A DNA stretch of 64,000 bases from NCBI RefSeq assembly GCF_009914755.1, contig NC_060925.1; one strand, 5' to 3'. Source of the stretch: the human T2T-CHM13v2.0 reference genome, Homo sapiens. The position numbers were made by a program, and so were the translations under genes. The notes beneath the pieces were generated by a model. That model worked only from the letters and a program-made list of their open reading frames with translations, ran no database searches and was not told the DNA's origin. Within the stretch, counting starts at the first letter, position 1. Each line of letters begins with the position of its first letter. This document shows positions 14,001 to 28,500 of the stretch, piece by piece.

Positions 14001-17000
14001 ATCAAAAATAACCATCATCAATTGGTATTGAATGGAATTGTCATCAAATGGAATTCAAAGGAATCAATATCAAATGGAACCGAATGGAATCCTCATTGAA
14101 TGGAAATGAAAGGGGTCATCATCTAATGGAATCGCATGGAATCATCATCAAATGGAATCGAATGGAATCATCATCAAATGGAATCTAATGGAATCATTGA
14201 ACAGAATTGAATGGAATCGTCATCGAATGAATTGAATGCAATCATCGAATGGTCTCGAATGGAATCATCTTCTAATGGAAAGGAATGGAATCATCGCATA
14301 GAATCGAATGGAATTATCATCGAATGGAATCGAATGGTATCAACACCAAACGGAAAAAAACGGAATTATCGAATGGAATCGAAGAGAATCTTCGAACGGA
14401 CCCGAATGGAATCATCTAATGGAATGGAATGGAATAATCCATGGACTCGAATGCAATCATCATCGAATGGAATCGAATGGAATCATCGAATGGACTCGAA
14501 TGGAATAATCATTGAACGGAATCGAATGGAATCATCATCGGATGGAAACGAATGGAATCATCATCGAATGGAAATGAAAGGAGTCATCATCTAATGGAAT
14601 TGCATGGAATCATCATAAAATGAAATCGAATGGAATCAACATCAAATGGAATCAAATGGAATCATTGAACGGAATTGAATGGAATCGTCATCGAATGAAT
14701 TGACTGCAATCATCGAATGGTCTCGAATGGAATCATCTTCAAATGGAATGGAATGGAATCATCGCATAGAATCGAATGGAATTATCATCGAATGGAATCG
14801 AATGGAATCAACATCAAACGGAAAAAAACGGAATTATCGAATGGAATCGAAGAGAATCATCGAATGGACCCGAATGGAATCATCTAATGGAATGGAATGG
14901 AATAATCCATGGACTCGAATGCAATCATCATCGAATGGAATCGAATGGAATCATCGAATGGACTCGAATGGAATAATCATTGAACGGAATCGAATGGAAT
15001 CATCATCGGATGGAAATGAATGGAATCATCATCGAATGGAATCGAATAGAATTATGGAATGAAATCCAGTGTGATCATCATCGAATGGACCCGAATGGAA
15101 TCATCATCCAACGGAAGCTAATGGAATCAACATCGAATGAATCGAATGGAAACACCATCGAATTGAAACGAATGGAATTATCATGAAATTGAAATGGATG
15201 GACTCATCATCGAATGGATTCGAATGGAATCATCGAATAAAAGTGATTGAAATCATCATCGAATGGAATCGAATGGTATCATTGAATGGAATCGAATGGA
15301 ATCATCATCAGATGGAAATGAATGGAATCGTCATAGAATGGAATCGAATGGATTCATTGAATGGAATCAGATGGAATCATCGAATGGACTGGAATGGAAT
15401 CATTGAATGGACTCGAAAGGGATCATGATTGAATGGAATTGAATGGAATCATCGAATGGTCTCGATTGGAATCATTATTAAATGGAATCGAATGGAATCA
15501 CCGAATAGAATCGAATGGAACAATCATCGAATGGACTCAAATGGAATTATCCTCAAATGGAATCGAATGGAATTATCGAATGCAATCGAATGGAATTATC
15601 GAATGCAATCGAATAGAATCATCAAATGGACTCGAATGGAATCATCGAATGGAATGGAATGGAACAGTCAATGAACACGAATGGAATCATCATTGAATGG
15701 AATCGAATGGAATCATCGAGTGGAATCGAATGGAATTATGATCAAATGGAATCGAATGTAATCATCATCAAATGGAATCAAAAATAACCATCATCAATTG
15801 CTATTGAATGGAATTGTCATCAAATGGAATTCAAAGGAATCATCATCAAATGGAACCGAATGGAATCCTCATTGAATGGAAATGAAAGGGGTCATCATCT
15901 AATGGAATCGCATGGAATCATCATCAAATGGAATCGAATGGAATCATCATCAAATGGAATCTAATGGAATCATTGAACAGAATTGAATGGAATCGTCATC
16001 GAATGAATTGAATGCAATCATCGAATGGTCTCGAATGGAATCATCTTCTAATGGAAAGGAATGGAATCATCGCATAGAATCGAATGGAATTATCATCGAA
16101 TGGAATCGAATGGTATCAACACCAAACGGAAAAAAACGGAATTATCGAATGGAATCGAAGAGAATCTTCGAACGGACCCGAATGGAATCATCTAATGGAA
16201 TGGAATGGAATAATCCATGGACTCGAATGCAATCATCATCGAATGGAATCGAATGGAATCATCGAATGGACTCGAATGGAATAATCATTGAACGGAATCG
16301 AATGGAATCATCATCGGATGGAAACGAATGGAATCATCATCGAATGGAAATGAAAGGAGTCATCATCTAATGCAATTGCATGGAATCATCATCAAATGGA
16401 ATCGAATGGAATCAACATCAAATGGAATCTAATGGAATCATTGAACAGAATTGAATGGAATCGTCATCGAATGAATTGAATGCAATCATCGAATGGTCTC
16501 GAATGGAATCATCTTCAAATGGAATGGAATGGAATCATCGCATAGAATCGAATGGAATTATCATCGAATGGAATCGAATGGAATCAACATCAAACGGAAA
16601 AAAACAGAATTATCGAATGGAATCGAAGAGAATCATCGAATGGACCCGAATGGAATCATCTAATGGAATGGAATGGAATAATCCATGGACTCGAATGCAA
16701 TCATCATCGAATGGAATCGAATGGAATCATCGAGTGGACTCGAATGGAATAATCATTGAACGGAATCGAATGGAATCATCATCGGATGGAAATGAATGGA
16801 ATCATCATCGAATGGAATCGAATAGAATTATGGAATGAAATCCAGTGTGATCATCATCGAATGGACCCGAATGGAATCATCATCCAACGGAAGCTAATGG
16901 AATCAACATCGAATGAATCAAATGGAAACACCATCGAATTGAAACGAATGGAATTATCATGAAATTGAAATGGATGGACTCATCATCGAATGGATTCGAA

Positions 17001-18770
17001 TGGAATCATCGAATAAAATTGATTGAAATCATCATCGAATGGAATCGAATGGTATCATTGAATGGAATCGAATGGAATCATCATCAGATGGAAATGAATG
17101 GAATCGTCATAGAATGGAATCGAATGGATTCATTGAATGGAATCAGATGGAATCATCGAATGGACTGGAATGGAATCATTGAATGGACTCGAAAGGGATC
17201 ATGATTGAATGGAATTGAATGGAATCATCGAATGGTCTCGATTGGAATCATTATCAAATGGAATCGAATGGAATCACCGAATAGAATCGAATGGAACAAT
17301 CATCGAATGGACTCAAATGGAATTATCCTCCAATGGAATCGAATGGAATTATCGAATGCAATCGAATGGAATTATCGAATGCAATCGAATAGAATCATCG
17401 AATGGACTCGAATGGAATCATCGAATGGAATGGAATGGAACAGTCAATGAACTCGAATGGAATCATCATTGAATGGAATCGAATGGAATCATCGAGTGGA
17501 ATCGAATGGAATTATGATCAAATGGAATCGAATGTAATCATCATCAAATGGAATCAAAAATAACCATCATCAATTGGTATTGAATGGAATTGTCATCAAA
17601 TGGAATTCAAAGGAATCATCATCAAATGGAACCGAATGGAATCCTCATTGAATGGAAATGAAAGGGGTCATCATCTAATGGAATCGCATGGAATCATCAT
17701 CAAATGGAATCGAATGGAATCATCATCAAATGGAATCTAATGGAATCATTGAACAGAATTGAATGGAATCGTCATCGAATGAATTGAATGCAATCATCGA
17801 ATGGTCTCGAATGGAATCATCTTCTAATGGAAAGGAATGGAATCATCGCATAGAATCGAATGGAATTATCATCGAATGGAATCGAATGGTATCAACACCA
17901 AACGGAAAAAAACGGAATTATCGAATGGAATCGAAGAGAATCTTCGAACGGACCCGAATGGAATCATCTAATGGACTGGAATGGAATAATCCATGGACTC
18001 GAATGCAATCATCATCGAATGGAATCGAATGGAATCATCGAATGGACTCGAATGGAATAATCATTGAACGGAATCGAATGGAATCATCATCGGATGGAAA
18101 CGAATGGAATCATCATCGAATGGAAATGAAAGGAGTCATCATCTAATGGAATTGCATGGAATCATCATAAAATGGAATCGAATGGAATCAACATCAAATC
18201 GAATCAAACGGAATCATTGAACGGAATTGAATGGAATCGTCATCGAATGAATTGACTGCAATCATCGAATGGTCTCGAATGGAATCATCTTCAAATGGAA
18301 TGGAATGGAATCATCGCATAGAATCGAATGGAATTATCATCGAATGGAATCGAATGGAATCAACATCAAACGGAAAAAAACGGAATTATCGAATGGAATC
18401 GAAGAGAATCATCGAATGGACCCGAATGGAATCATCTAATGGAATGGAATGGAATAATCCATGGACTCGAATGCAATCATCATCGAATGGAATCGAATGG
18501 AATCATCGAATGGACTCGAATGGAATAATCATTGAACGGAATCGAATGGAATCATCATCGGATGGAAATGAATGGAATCATCATCGAATGGAATCGAATA
18601 GAATTATGGAATGAAATCCAGTGTGATCATCATCGAATGGACCCGAATGGAATCATCATCCAACGGAAGCTAATGGAATCAACATCGAATGAATCGAATG
18701 GAAACACCATCGAATTGAAACGAATGGAATTATCATGAAATTGAAATGGATGGACTCATCATCGAATGGA
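8050..18770 (+). repeat. Second, overlapping 5328-bp tandem duplication (U5 tail-U8 head copied as U8 tail-U11 head)
   Basis: Shared variants at +5328: ttcgaaagg, caatatc, attattaaa (10151/15479), atgcaattg (11045/16373), aaaacagaa, cgagtggact, ggactggaa, tcgaatcaaacgg. Confidence 0.9.
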
Positions 18771-19538
18771 TTCGAATGGAATCATCGAATAAAATTGATT
18801 GAAATCATCATCCAATGGAATCGAATGGTATCATTGAATGGAATCGAATGGAATCATCATCAGATGGAAATGAATGGAATCGTCATAGAATGGAATCGAA
18901 TGGATTCATTGAATGGAATCAGATGGAATCATCGAATGGACTGGAATGGAATCATTGAATGGACTCGAAAGGGATCATGATTGAATGGAATTGAATGGAA
19001 TCATCGAATGGTCTCGATTGGAATCATTATCAAATGGAATCGAATGGAATCACCGAATAGAATCGAATGGAACAATCATCGAATGGACTCAAATGGAATT
19101 ATCCTCAAATGGAATCGAATGGAATTATCGAATGCAATCCAATGGAATTATCGAATGCAATCGAATAGAATCATCGAATGGACTCGAATGGAATCATCGA
19201 ATGGAATGGAATGGAACAGTCAATGAACTCGAATGGAATCATCATTGAATGGAATCGAATGGAATCATCGAGTGGAATCGAATGGAATTATGATCAAATG
19301 GAATCGAATGTAATCATCATCAAATGGAATCAAAAATAACCATCATCAATTGGTATTGAATGGAATTGTCATCAAATGGAATTCAAAGGAATCATCATCA
19401 AATGGAACCGAATGGAATCCTCATTGAATGGAAATGAAAGGGGTCATCATCTAATGGAATCGCATGGAATCATCATCAAATGGAATCGAATGGAATCATC
19501 ATCAAATGGAATCTAATGGAATCATTGAACAGAATTGA

Positions 19539-22500
19539 ATGGAATCGTCATCGAATGAATTGAATGCAATCATCGAATGGTCTCGAATGGAATCATCTTC
19601 TAATGGAAAGGAATGGAATCATCGCATAGAATTGAATGGAATTATCATCGAATGGAATCGAATGGTGTCAACACCAAACGGAAAAAAACGGAATTATCGA
19701 ATGGAATCGAAGAGAATCTTCGAACGGACCCGAATGGAATCATCTAATGGAATGGAATGGAATAATCCATGTACTCGAATGCAATCATCATCGAATGGAA
19801 TCGAATGGAATCATCGAATGGACTCGAATGGAATAATCATTGAACGGAATCGAATGGAATCATCATCGGATGGAAACGAATGGAATCATCATCGAATGGA
19901 AATGAAAGGAGTCATCATCTAATGGAATTGCATGGAATCATCATAAAATGGAATCGAATGGAATCAACATCAAATGGAATCAAATGGAATCATTGAACGG
20001 AATTGAATGGAATCGTCATCGAATGAATTGAATGCAATCATCGAATGGTCTCGAATGGAATCATCTTCAAATGGAATGGAATGGAATCATCGCATAGAAT
20101 CAAATGGAATTATCATCGAATGGAATCGAATGGAATCAACATCAAACGGAAAAAAACGGAATTATCGAATGGAATCGAAGAGAATCATCAAATGGACCCG
20201 AATGGAATCACCTAATGGAATGGAATGGAATAATCCATGGACTCGAATGCAATCATCATCGAATGGAATCGAATGGAATCATCGAATGGACTCGAATGGA
20301 ATAATCATTGAACGGAATCGAATGGAATCATCATCGGATGGAAATGAATGGAATCATCATCGAATGGAATCGAATAGAATTATGGAATGAAATCCAGTGT
20401 GATCATCATCGAATGGACCCGAATGGAATCATCATCCAACGGAAGCTAATGGAATCAACATCGAATGAATCGAATGGAAACACCATCGAATTGAAACGAA
20501 TGGAATTATCATGAAATTGAAATGGATGGACTCATCATCGAATGGATTCGAATGGAGTCATCGAATAAAATTGATTGAAATCATCATCCAATGGAATCGA
20601 ATGGTATCATTGAATGGAATCGAATGGAATCATCATCAGATGGAAATGAATGGAATCGTCATAGAATGGAATCGAATGGATTCATTGAATGGAATCAGAT
20701 GGAATCATCGAATGGACTGGAATGGAATCATTGAATGGACTCGAAAGGGATCATGATTGAATGGAATTGAATGGAATCATCGAATGGTCTCGATTGGAAT
20801 CATTATCAAATGGAATCGAATGGAATCACCGAATAGAATCGAATGGAACAATCATCGAATGGACTCAAATGGAATTATCCTCAAATGGAATCGAATGGAA
20901 TTATCGAATGCAATCCAATGGAATTATCGAATGCAATCGAATAGAATCATCGAATGGACTCGAATGGAATCATCGAATGGAATGGAATGGAACAGTCAAT
21001 GAACTCGAATGGAATCATCATTGAATGGAATCGAATGGAATCATCGAGTGGAATCGAATGGAATTATGATCAAATGGAATCGAATGTAATCATCATCAAA
21101 TGGAATCAAAAATAACCATCATCAATTGGTATTGAATGGAATTGTCATCAAATGGAATTCAAAGGAATCATCATCAAATGGAACCGAATGGAATCCTCAT
21201 TGAATGGAAATGAAAGGGGTCATCATCTAATGGAATCGCATGGAATCATCATCAAATGGAATCGAATGGAATCATCATCAAATGGAATCTAATGGAATCA
21301 TTGAACAGAATTGAATGGAATCGTCATCGAATGAATTGAATGCAATCATCGAATGGTCTCGAATGGAATCATCTTCTAATGGAAAGGAATGGAATCATCG
21401 CATAGAATCGAATGGAATTATCATCGAATGGAATCGAATGGTATCAACAGCAAACGGAAAAAAACGGAGTTATCGAATGGAATCGAAGAGAATCTTCGAA
21501 CGGACCCGAATGGAATCATCTAATGGAATGGAATGGAATAATCCATGGACTCGAATGCAATCATCATCGAATGGAATCGAATGGAATCATCGAATGGACT
21601 CGAATGGAATAATCATTGAACGGAATCGAATGGAATCATCATCGGATGGAAACGAATGGAATCATCATCGAATGGAAATGAAAGGAGTCATCATCTAATG
21701 GAATTGCATGGAATCATCATAAAATGGAATCGAATGGAATCAACATCAAATGGAATCAAATGGAATCATTGAACGGAATTGAATGGAATCGTCATCGAAT
21801 GAATTGAATGCAATCATCGAATGGTCTCGAATGGAATCATCTTCTAATGGAAAGGAATGGAATCATCGCATAGAATCGAATGGAATTATCATCGAATGGA
21901 ATCGAATGGTATCAACAGCAAACGGAAAAAAACGGAGTTATCGAATGGAATCGAAGAGAATCTTCGAACGGACCCGAATGGAATCATCTAATGGAATGGA
22001 ATGGAATAATCCATGGACTCGAATGCAATCATCATCGAATGGAATCGAATGGAATCATCGAATGGACTCGAATGGAATAATCATTGAACGGAATCGAATG
22101 GAATCATCATCGGATGGAAATGAATGGAATCATCATCAAATGGAATCGAATAGAATTATGGAATGAAATCCAGTGTGATCATCATCGAATGGACCCGAAT
22201 GGAATCATCATCCAACGGAAGCTAATGGAATCAACATCGAATGAATCGAATGGAAACACCATCGAATTGAAACGAATGGAATTATCATGAAATTGAAATG
22301 GATGGACTCATCATCGAATGGATTCGAATGGAATCATCGAATAAAATTGATTGAAATCATCATCGAATGGAATCGAATGGTATCATTGAATGGAATCGAA
22401 TGGAATCATCATCAGATGGAAATGAATGGAATCGTCATAGAATGGAATCGAATGGATTCATTGAATGGAATCAGATGGAATCATCGAATGGACTGGAATG

Positions 22501-25500
22501 GAATCATTGAATGGACTCGAAAGGGATCATGATTGAATGGAATTGAATGGAATCATCGAATGGTCTCGATTGGAATCATTATCAAATGGAATCGAATGGA
22601 ATCACCGAATAGAATCGAATGGAACAATCATCGAATGGACTCAAATGGAATTATCCTCAAATGGAATCGAATGGAATTATCGAATGCAATCGAATGGAAT
22701 TATCGAATGCAATCGAATAGAATCATCGAAAGGACTCGAATGGAATCATCGAATGGAATGGAATGGAACAGTCAATGAACTCGAATGGAATCATCATTGA
22801 ATGGAATCGAATGGAATCATCGAGTGGAATCGAATGGAATTATGATCAAATGGAATCGAATGTAATCATCATCAAATGGAATCAAAAATAACCATCATCA
22901 ATTGGTATTGAATGGAATTGTCATCAAATGGAATTCAAAGGAATCATCATCAAATGGAACCGAATGGAATCCTCATTGAATGGAAATGAAAGGGGTCATC
23001 ATCTAATGGAATCGCATGGAATCATCATCAAATGGAATCGAATGGAATCATCATCAAATGGAATCTAATGGAATCATTGAACAGAATTGAATGGAATCGT
23101 CATCGAATGAATTGAATGCAATCATCGAATGGTCTCGAATGGAATCATCTTCTAATGGAAAGGAATGGAATCATCGCATAGAATCGAATGGAATTATCAT
23201 CGAATGGAATCGAATGGTATCAACACCAAACGGAAAAAAACGGAATTATCGAATGGAATCGAAGAGAATCTTCGAACGGACCCGAATGGAATCATCTAAT
23301 GGAATGGAATGGAATAATCCATGGACTCGAATGCAATCATCATCGAATGGAATGGAATGGAATCATCGAATGGACTCGAATGGAATAATCATTGAACGGA
23401 ATCGAATGGAATCATCATCGGATGGAAATGAATGGAATCATCATCGAATGGAATCGAATAGAATTATGGAATGAAATCCAGTGTGATCATCATCGAATGG
23501 ACCCGAATGGAATCATCATCCAACGGAAGCTAATGGAATCAACATCGAATGAATCGAATGGAAACACCATCGAATTGAAACGAATGGAATTATCATGAAA
23601 TTGAAATGGATGGACTCATCATCGAATGGATTCGAATGGAATCATCGAATAAAATTGATTAAAATCATCATCCAATGGAATCGAATGGTATCATTGAATG
23701 GAATCGAATGGAATCATCATCAGATGGAAATGAATGGAATCGTCATAGAATGGAATCGAATGGATTCATTGAATGGAATCAGATGGAATCATCGAATGGA
23801 CTGGAATGGAATCATTGAATGGACTCGAAAGGGATCATTATTGAATGGAATTGAATGGAATCATCGAATGGTCTCGATTGGAATCATTACCAAATGGAAT
23901 CGAATGGAATCACCGAATAGAATCGAATGGAACAATCATCGAATGGACTCAAATGGAATTATCCTCCAATGGAATCGAATGGAATTATCGAATGCAATCG
24001 AATGGAATTATCGAATGCAATCGAATAGAATCATCGAATGGACTCGAATGGAATCATCGAATGGAATGGAATGGAACAGTCAATGAACTCGAATGGAATC
24101 ATCATTGAATGGAATCGAATGGAATCATCGAGTGGAATCGAATGGAATTATGATCAAATGGAATCGAATGTAATCATCATCAAATGGAATCAAAAATAAC
24201 CATCATCAATTGATATTGAATGGAATTGTCATCAAATGGAATTCAAAGGAATCATCATCAAATGGAACCGAATGGAATCCTCATTGAATGGAAATGAAAG
24301 GGGTCATCATCTAATGGAATCGCATGGAATCATCATCAAATGGAATCGAATGGAATCATCATCAAATGGAATCTAATGGAATCATTGAACAGAATTGAAT
24401 GGAATCGTCATCGAATGAATTGAATGCAATCATCGAATGGTCTCGAATGGAATCATCTTCTAATGGAAAGGAATGGAATCATCGCATAGAATTGAATGGA
24501 ATTATCATCGAATGGAATCGAATGGTGTCAACACCAAACGGAAAAAAACGGAATTATCGAATGGAATCGAAGAGAATCTTCGAACGGACCCGAATGGAAT
24601 CATCTAATGGAATGGAATGGAATAATCCATGTACTCGAATGCAATCATCATCGAATGGAATCGAATGGAATCATCGAATGGACTCGAATGGAATAATCAT
24701 TGAACGGAATCGAATGGAATCATCATCGGATGGAAACGAATGGAATCATCATCGAATGGAAATGAAAGGAGTCATCATCTAATGGAATTGCATGGAATCA
24801 TCATAAAATGGAATCGAATGGAATCAACATCAAATGGAATCAAATGGAATCATTGAACGGAATTGAATGGAATCGTCATCGAATGAATTGAATGCAATCA
24901 TCGAATGGTCTCGAATGGAATCATCTTCAAATGGAATGGAATGGAATCATCGCATAGAATCAAATGGAATTATCATCGAATGGAATCGAATGGAATCAAC
25001 ATCAAACGGAAAAAAACGGAATTATCGAATGGAATCGAAGAGAATCATCGAATGGACCCGAATGGAATCACCTAATGGAATGGAATGGAATAATCCATGG
25101 ACTCGAATGCAATCATCATCGAATGGAATCGAATGGAATCATCGAATGGACTCGAATGGAATAATCATTGAACGGAATCGAATGGAATCATCATCGGATG
25201 GAAATGAATGGAATCATCATCGAATGGAATCGAATAGAATTATGGAATGAAATCCAGTGTGATCATCATCGAATGGACCCGAATGGAATCATCATCCAAC
25301 GGAAGCTAATGGAATCAACATCGAATGAATCGAATGGAAACACCATCGAATTGAAACGAATGGAATTATCATGAAATTGAAATGGATGGACTCATCATCG
25401 AATGGATTCGAATGGAATCATCGAATAAAATTGATTGAAATCATCATCCAATGGAATCGAATGGTATCATTGAATGGAATCGAATGGAATCATCATCAGA

Positions 25501-28500
25501 TGGAAATGAATGGAATCGTCATAGAATGGAATCGAATGGATTCATTGAATGGAATCAGATGGAATCATCGAATGGACTGGAATGGAATCATTGAATGGAC
25601 TCGAAAGGGATCATGATTGAATGGAATTGAATGGAATCATCGAATGGTCTCGATTGGAATCATTATCAAATGGAATCGAATGGAATCACCGAATAGAATC
25701 GAATGGAACAATCATCGAATGGACTCAAATGGAATTATCCTCAAATGGAATCGAATGGAATTATCGAATGCAATCCAATGGAATTATCGAATGCAATCGA
25801 ATAGAATCATCGAATGGACTCGAATGGAATCATCGAATGGAATGGAATGGAACAGTCAATGAACTCGAATGGAATCATCATTGAATGGAATCGAATGGAA
25901 TCATCGAGTGGAATCGAATGGAATTATGATCAAATGGAATCGAATGTAATCATCATCAAATGGAATCAAAAATAACCATCATCAATTGGTATTGAATGGA
26001 ATTGTCATCAAATGGAATTCAAAGGAATCATCATCAAATGGAACCGAATGGAATCCTCATTGAATGGAAATGAAAGGGGTCATCATCTAATGGAATCGCA
26101 TGGAATCATCATCAAATGGAATCGAATGGAATCATCATCAAATGGAATCTAATGGAATCATTGAACAGAATTGAATGGAATCGTCATCGAATGAATTGAA
26201 TGCAATCATCGAATGGTCTCGAATGGAATCATCTTCTAATGGAAAGGAATGGAATCATCGCATAGAATCGAATGGAATTATCATCGAATGGAATCGAATG
26301 GTATCAACAGCAAACGGAAAAAAACGGAGTTATCGAATGGAATCGAAGAGAATCTTCGAACGGACCCGAATGGAATCATCTAATGGAATGGAATGGAATA
26401 ATCCATGGACTCGAATGCAATCATCATCGAATGGAATCGAATGGAATCATCGAATGGACTCGAATGGAATAATCATTGAACGGAATCGAATGGAATCATC
26501 ATCGGATGGAAACGAATGGAATCATCATCGAATGGAAATGAAAGGAGTCATCATCTAATGGAATTGCATGGAATCATCATAAAATGGAATCGAATGGAAT
26601 CAACATCAAATGGAATCAAATGGAATCATTGAACGGAATTGAATGGAATCGTCATCGAATGAATTGAATGCAATCATCGAATGGTCTCGAATGGAATCAT
26701 CTTCTAATGGAAAGGAATGGAATCATCGCATAGAATCGAATGGAATTATCATCGAATGGAATCGAATGGTATCAACAGCAAACGGAAAAAAACGGAGTTA
26801 TCGAATGGAATCGAAGAGAATCTTCGAACGGACCCGAATGGAATCATCTAATGGAATGGAATGGAATAATCCATGGACTCGAATGCAATCATCATCGAAT
26901 GGAATCGAATGGAATCATCGAATGGACTCGAATGGAATAATCATTGAACGGAATCGAATGGAATCATCATCGGATGGAAATGAATGGAATCATCATCGAA
27001 TGGAATCGAATAGAATTATGGAATGAAATCCAGTGTGATCATCATCGAATGGACCCGAATGGAATCATCATCCAACGGAAGCTAATGGAATCAACATCGA
27101 ATGAATCGAATGGAAACACCATCGAATTGAAACGAATGGAATTATCATGAAATTGAAATGGATGGACTCATCATCGAATGGATTCGAATGGAATCATCGA
27201 ATAAAATTGATTGAAATCATCATCGAATGGAATCGAATGGTATCATTGAATGGAATCGAATGGAATCATCATCAGATGGAAATGAATGGAATCGTCATAG
27301 AATGGAATCGAATGGATTCATTGAATGGAATCAGATGGAATCATCGAATGGACTGGAATGGAATCATTGAATGGACTCGAAAGGGATCATGATTGAATGG
27401 AATTGAATGGAATCATCGAATGGTCTCGATTGGAATCATTATCAAATGGAATCGAATGGAATCACCGAATAGAATCGAATGGAACAATCATCGAATGGAC
27501 TCAAATGGAATTATCCTCAAATGGAATCGAATGGAATTATCGAATGCAATCGAATGGAATTATCGAATGCAATCGAATAGAATCATCGAAAGGACTCGAA
27601 TGGAATCATCGAATGGAATGGAATGGAACAGTCAATGAACTCGAATGGAATCATCATTGAATGGAATCGAATGGAATCATCGAGTGGAATCGAATGGAAT
27701 TATGATCAAATGGAATCGAATGTAATCATCATCAAATGGAATCAAAAATAACCATCATCAATTGGTATTGAATGGAATTGTCATCAAATGGAATTCAAAG
27801 GAATCATCATCAAATGGAACCGAATGGAATCCTCATTGAATGGAAATGAAAGGGGTCATCATCTAATGGAATCGCATGGAATCATCATCAAATGGAATCG
27901 AATGGAATCATCATCAAATGGAATCTAATGGAATCATTGAACAGAATTGAATGGAATCGTCATCGAATGAATTGAATGCAATCATCGAATGGTCTCGAAT
28001 GGAATCATCTTCTAATGGAAAGGAATGGAATCATCGCATAGAATCGAATGGAATTATCATCGAATGGAATCGAATGGTATCAACACCAAACGGAAAAAAA
28101 CGGAATTATCGAATGGAATCGAAGAGAATCTTCGAACGGACCCGAATGGAATCATCTAATGGAATGGAATGGAATAATCCATGGACTCGAATGCAATCAT
28201 CATCGAATGGAATGGAATGGAATCATCGAATGGACTCGAATGGAATAATCATTGAACGGAATCGAATGGAATCATCATCGGATGGAAATGAATGGAATCA
28301 TCATCGAATGGAATCGAATAGAATTATGGAATGAAATCCAGTGTGATCATCATCGAATGGACCCGAATGGAATCATCATCCAACGGAAGCTAATGGAATC
28401 AACATCGAATGAATCGAATGGAAACACCATCGAATTGAAACGAATGGAATTATCATGAAATTGAAATGGATGGACTCATCATCGAATGGATTCGAATGGA

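Larger units (their letters stand above)
2..23090 (+). repeat. Block of 13 consecutive 1776-bp (L) units (U1-U13; U3 is 1777 bp)
   Basis: Equivalent unit starts at 2, 1778, 3554, 5331, 7107, 8883, 10659, 12435, 14211, 15987, 17763, 19539, 21315 and 23091. Confidence 0.96.

Noticed and set aside
23595-24086. Longer 163-178 aa ORFs in some units
   Set aside because: They result from a single G>T (TGA>TTA, e.g. 23839) spread by block duplication. This is a lineage marker, not evidence of coding selection.
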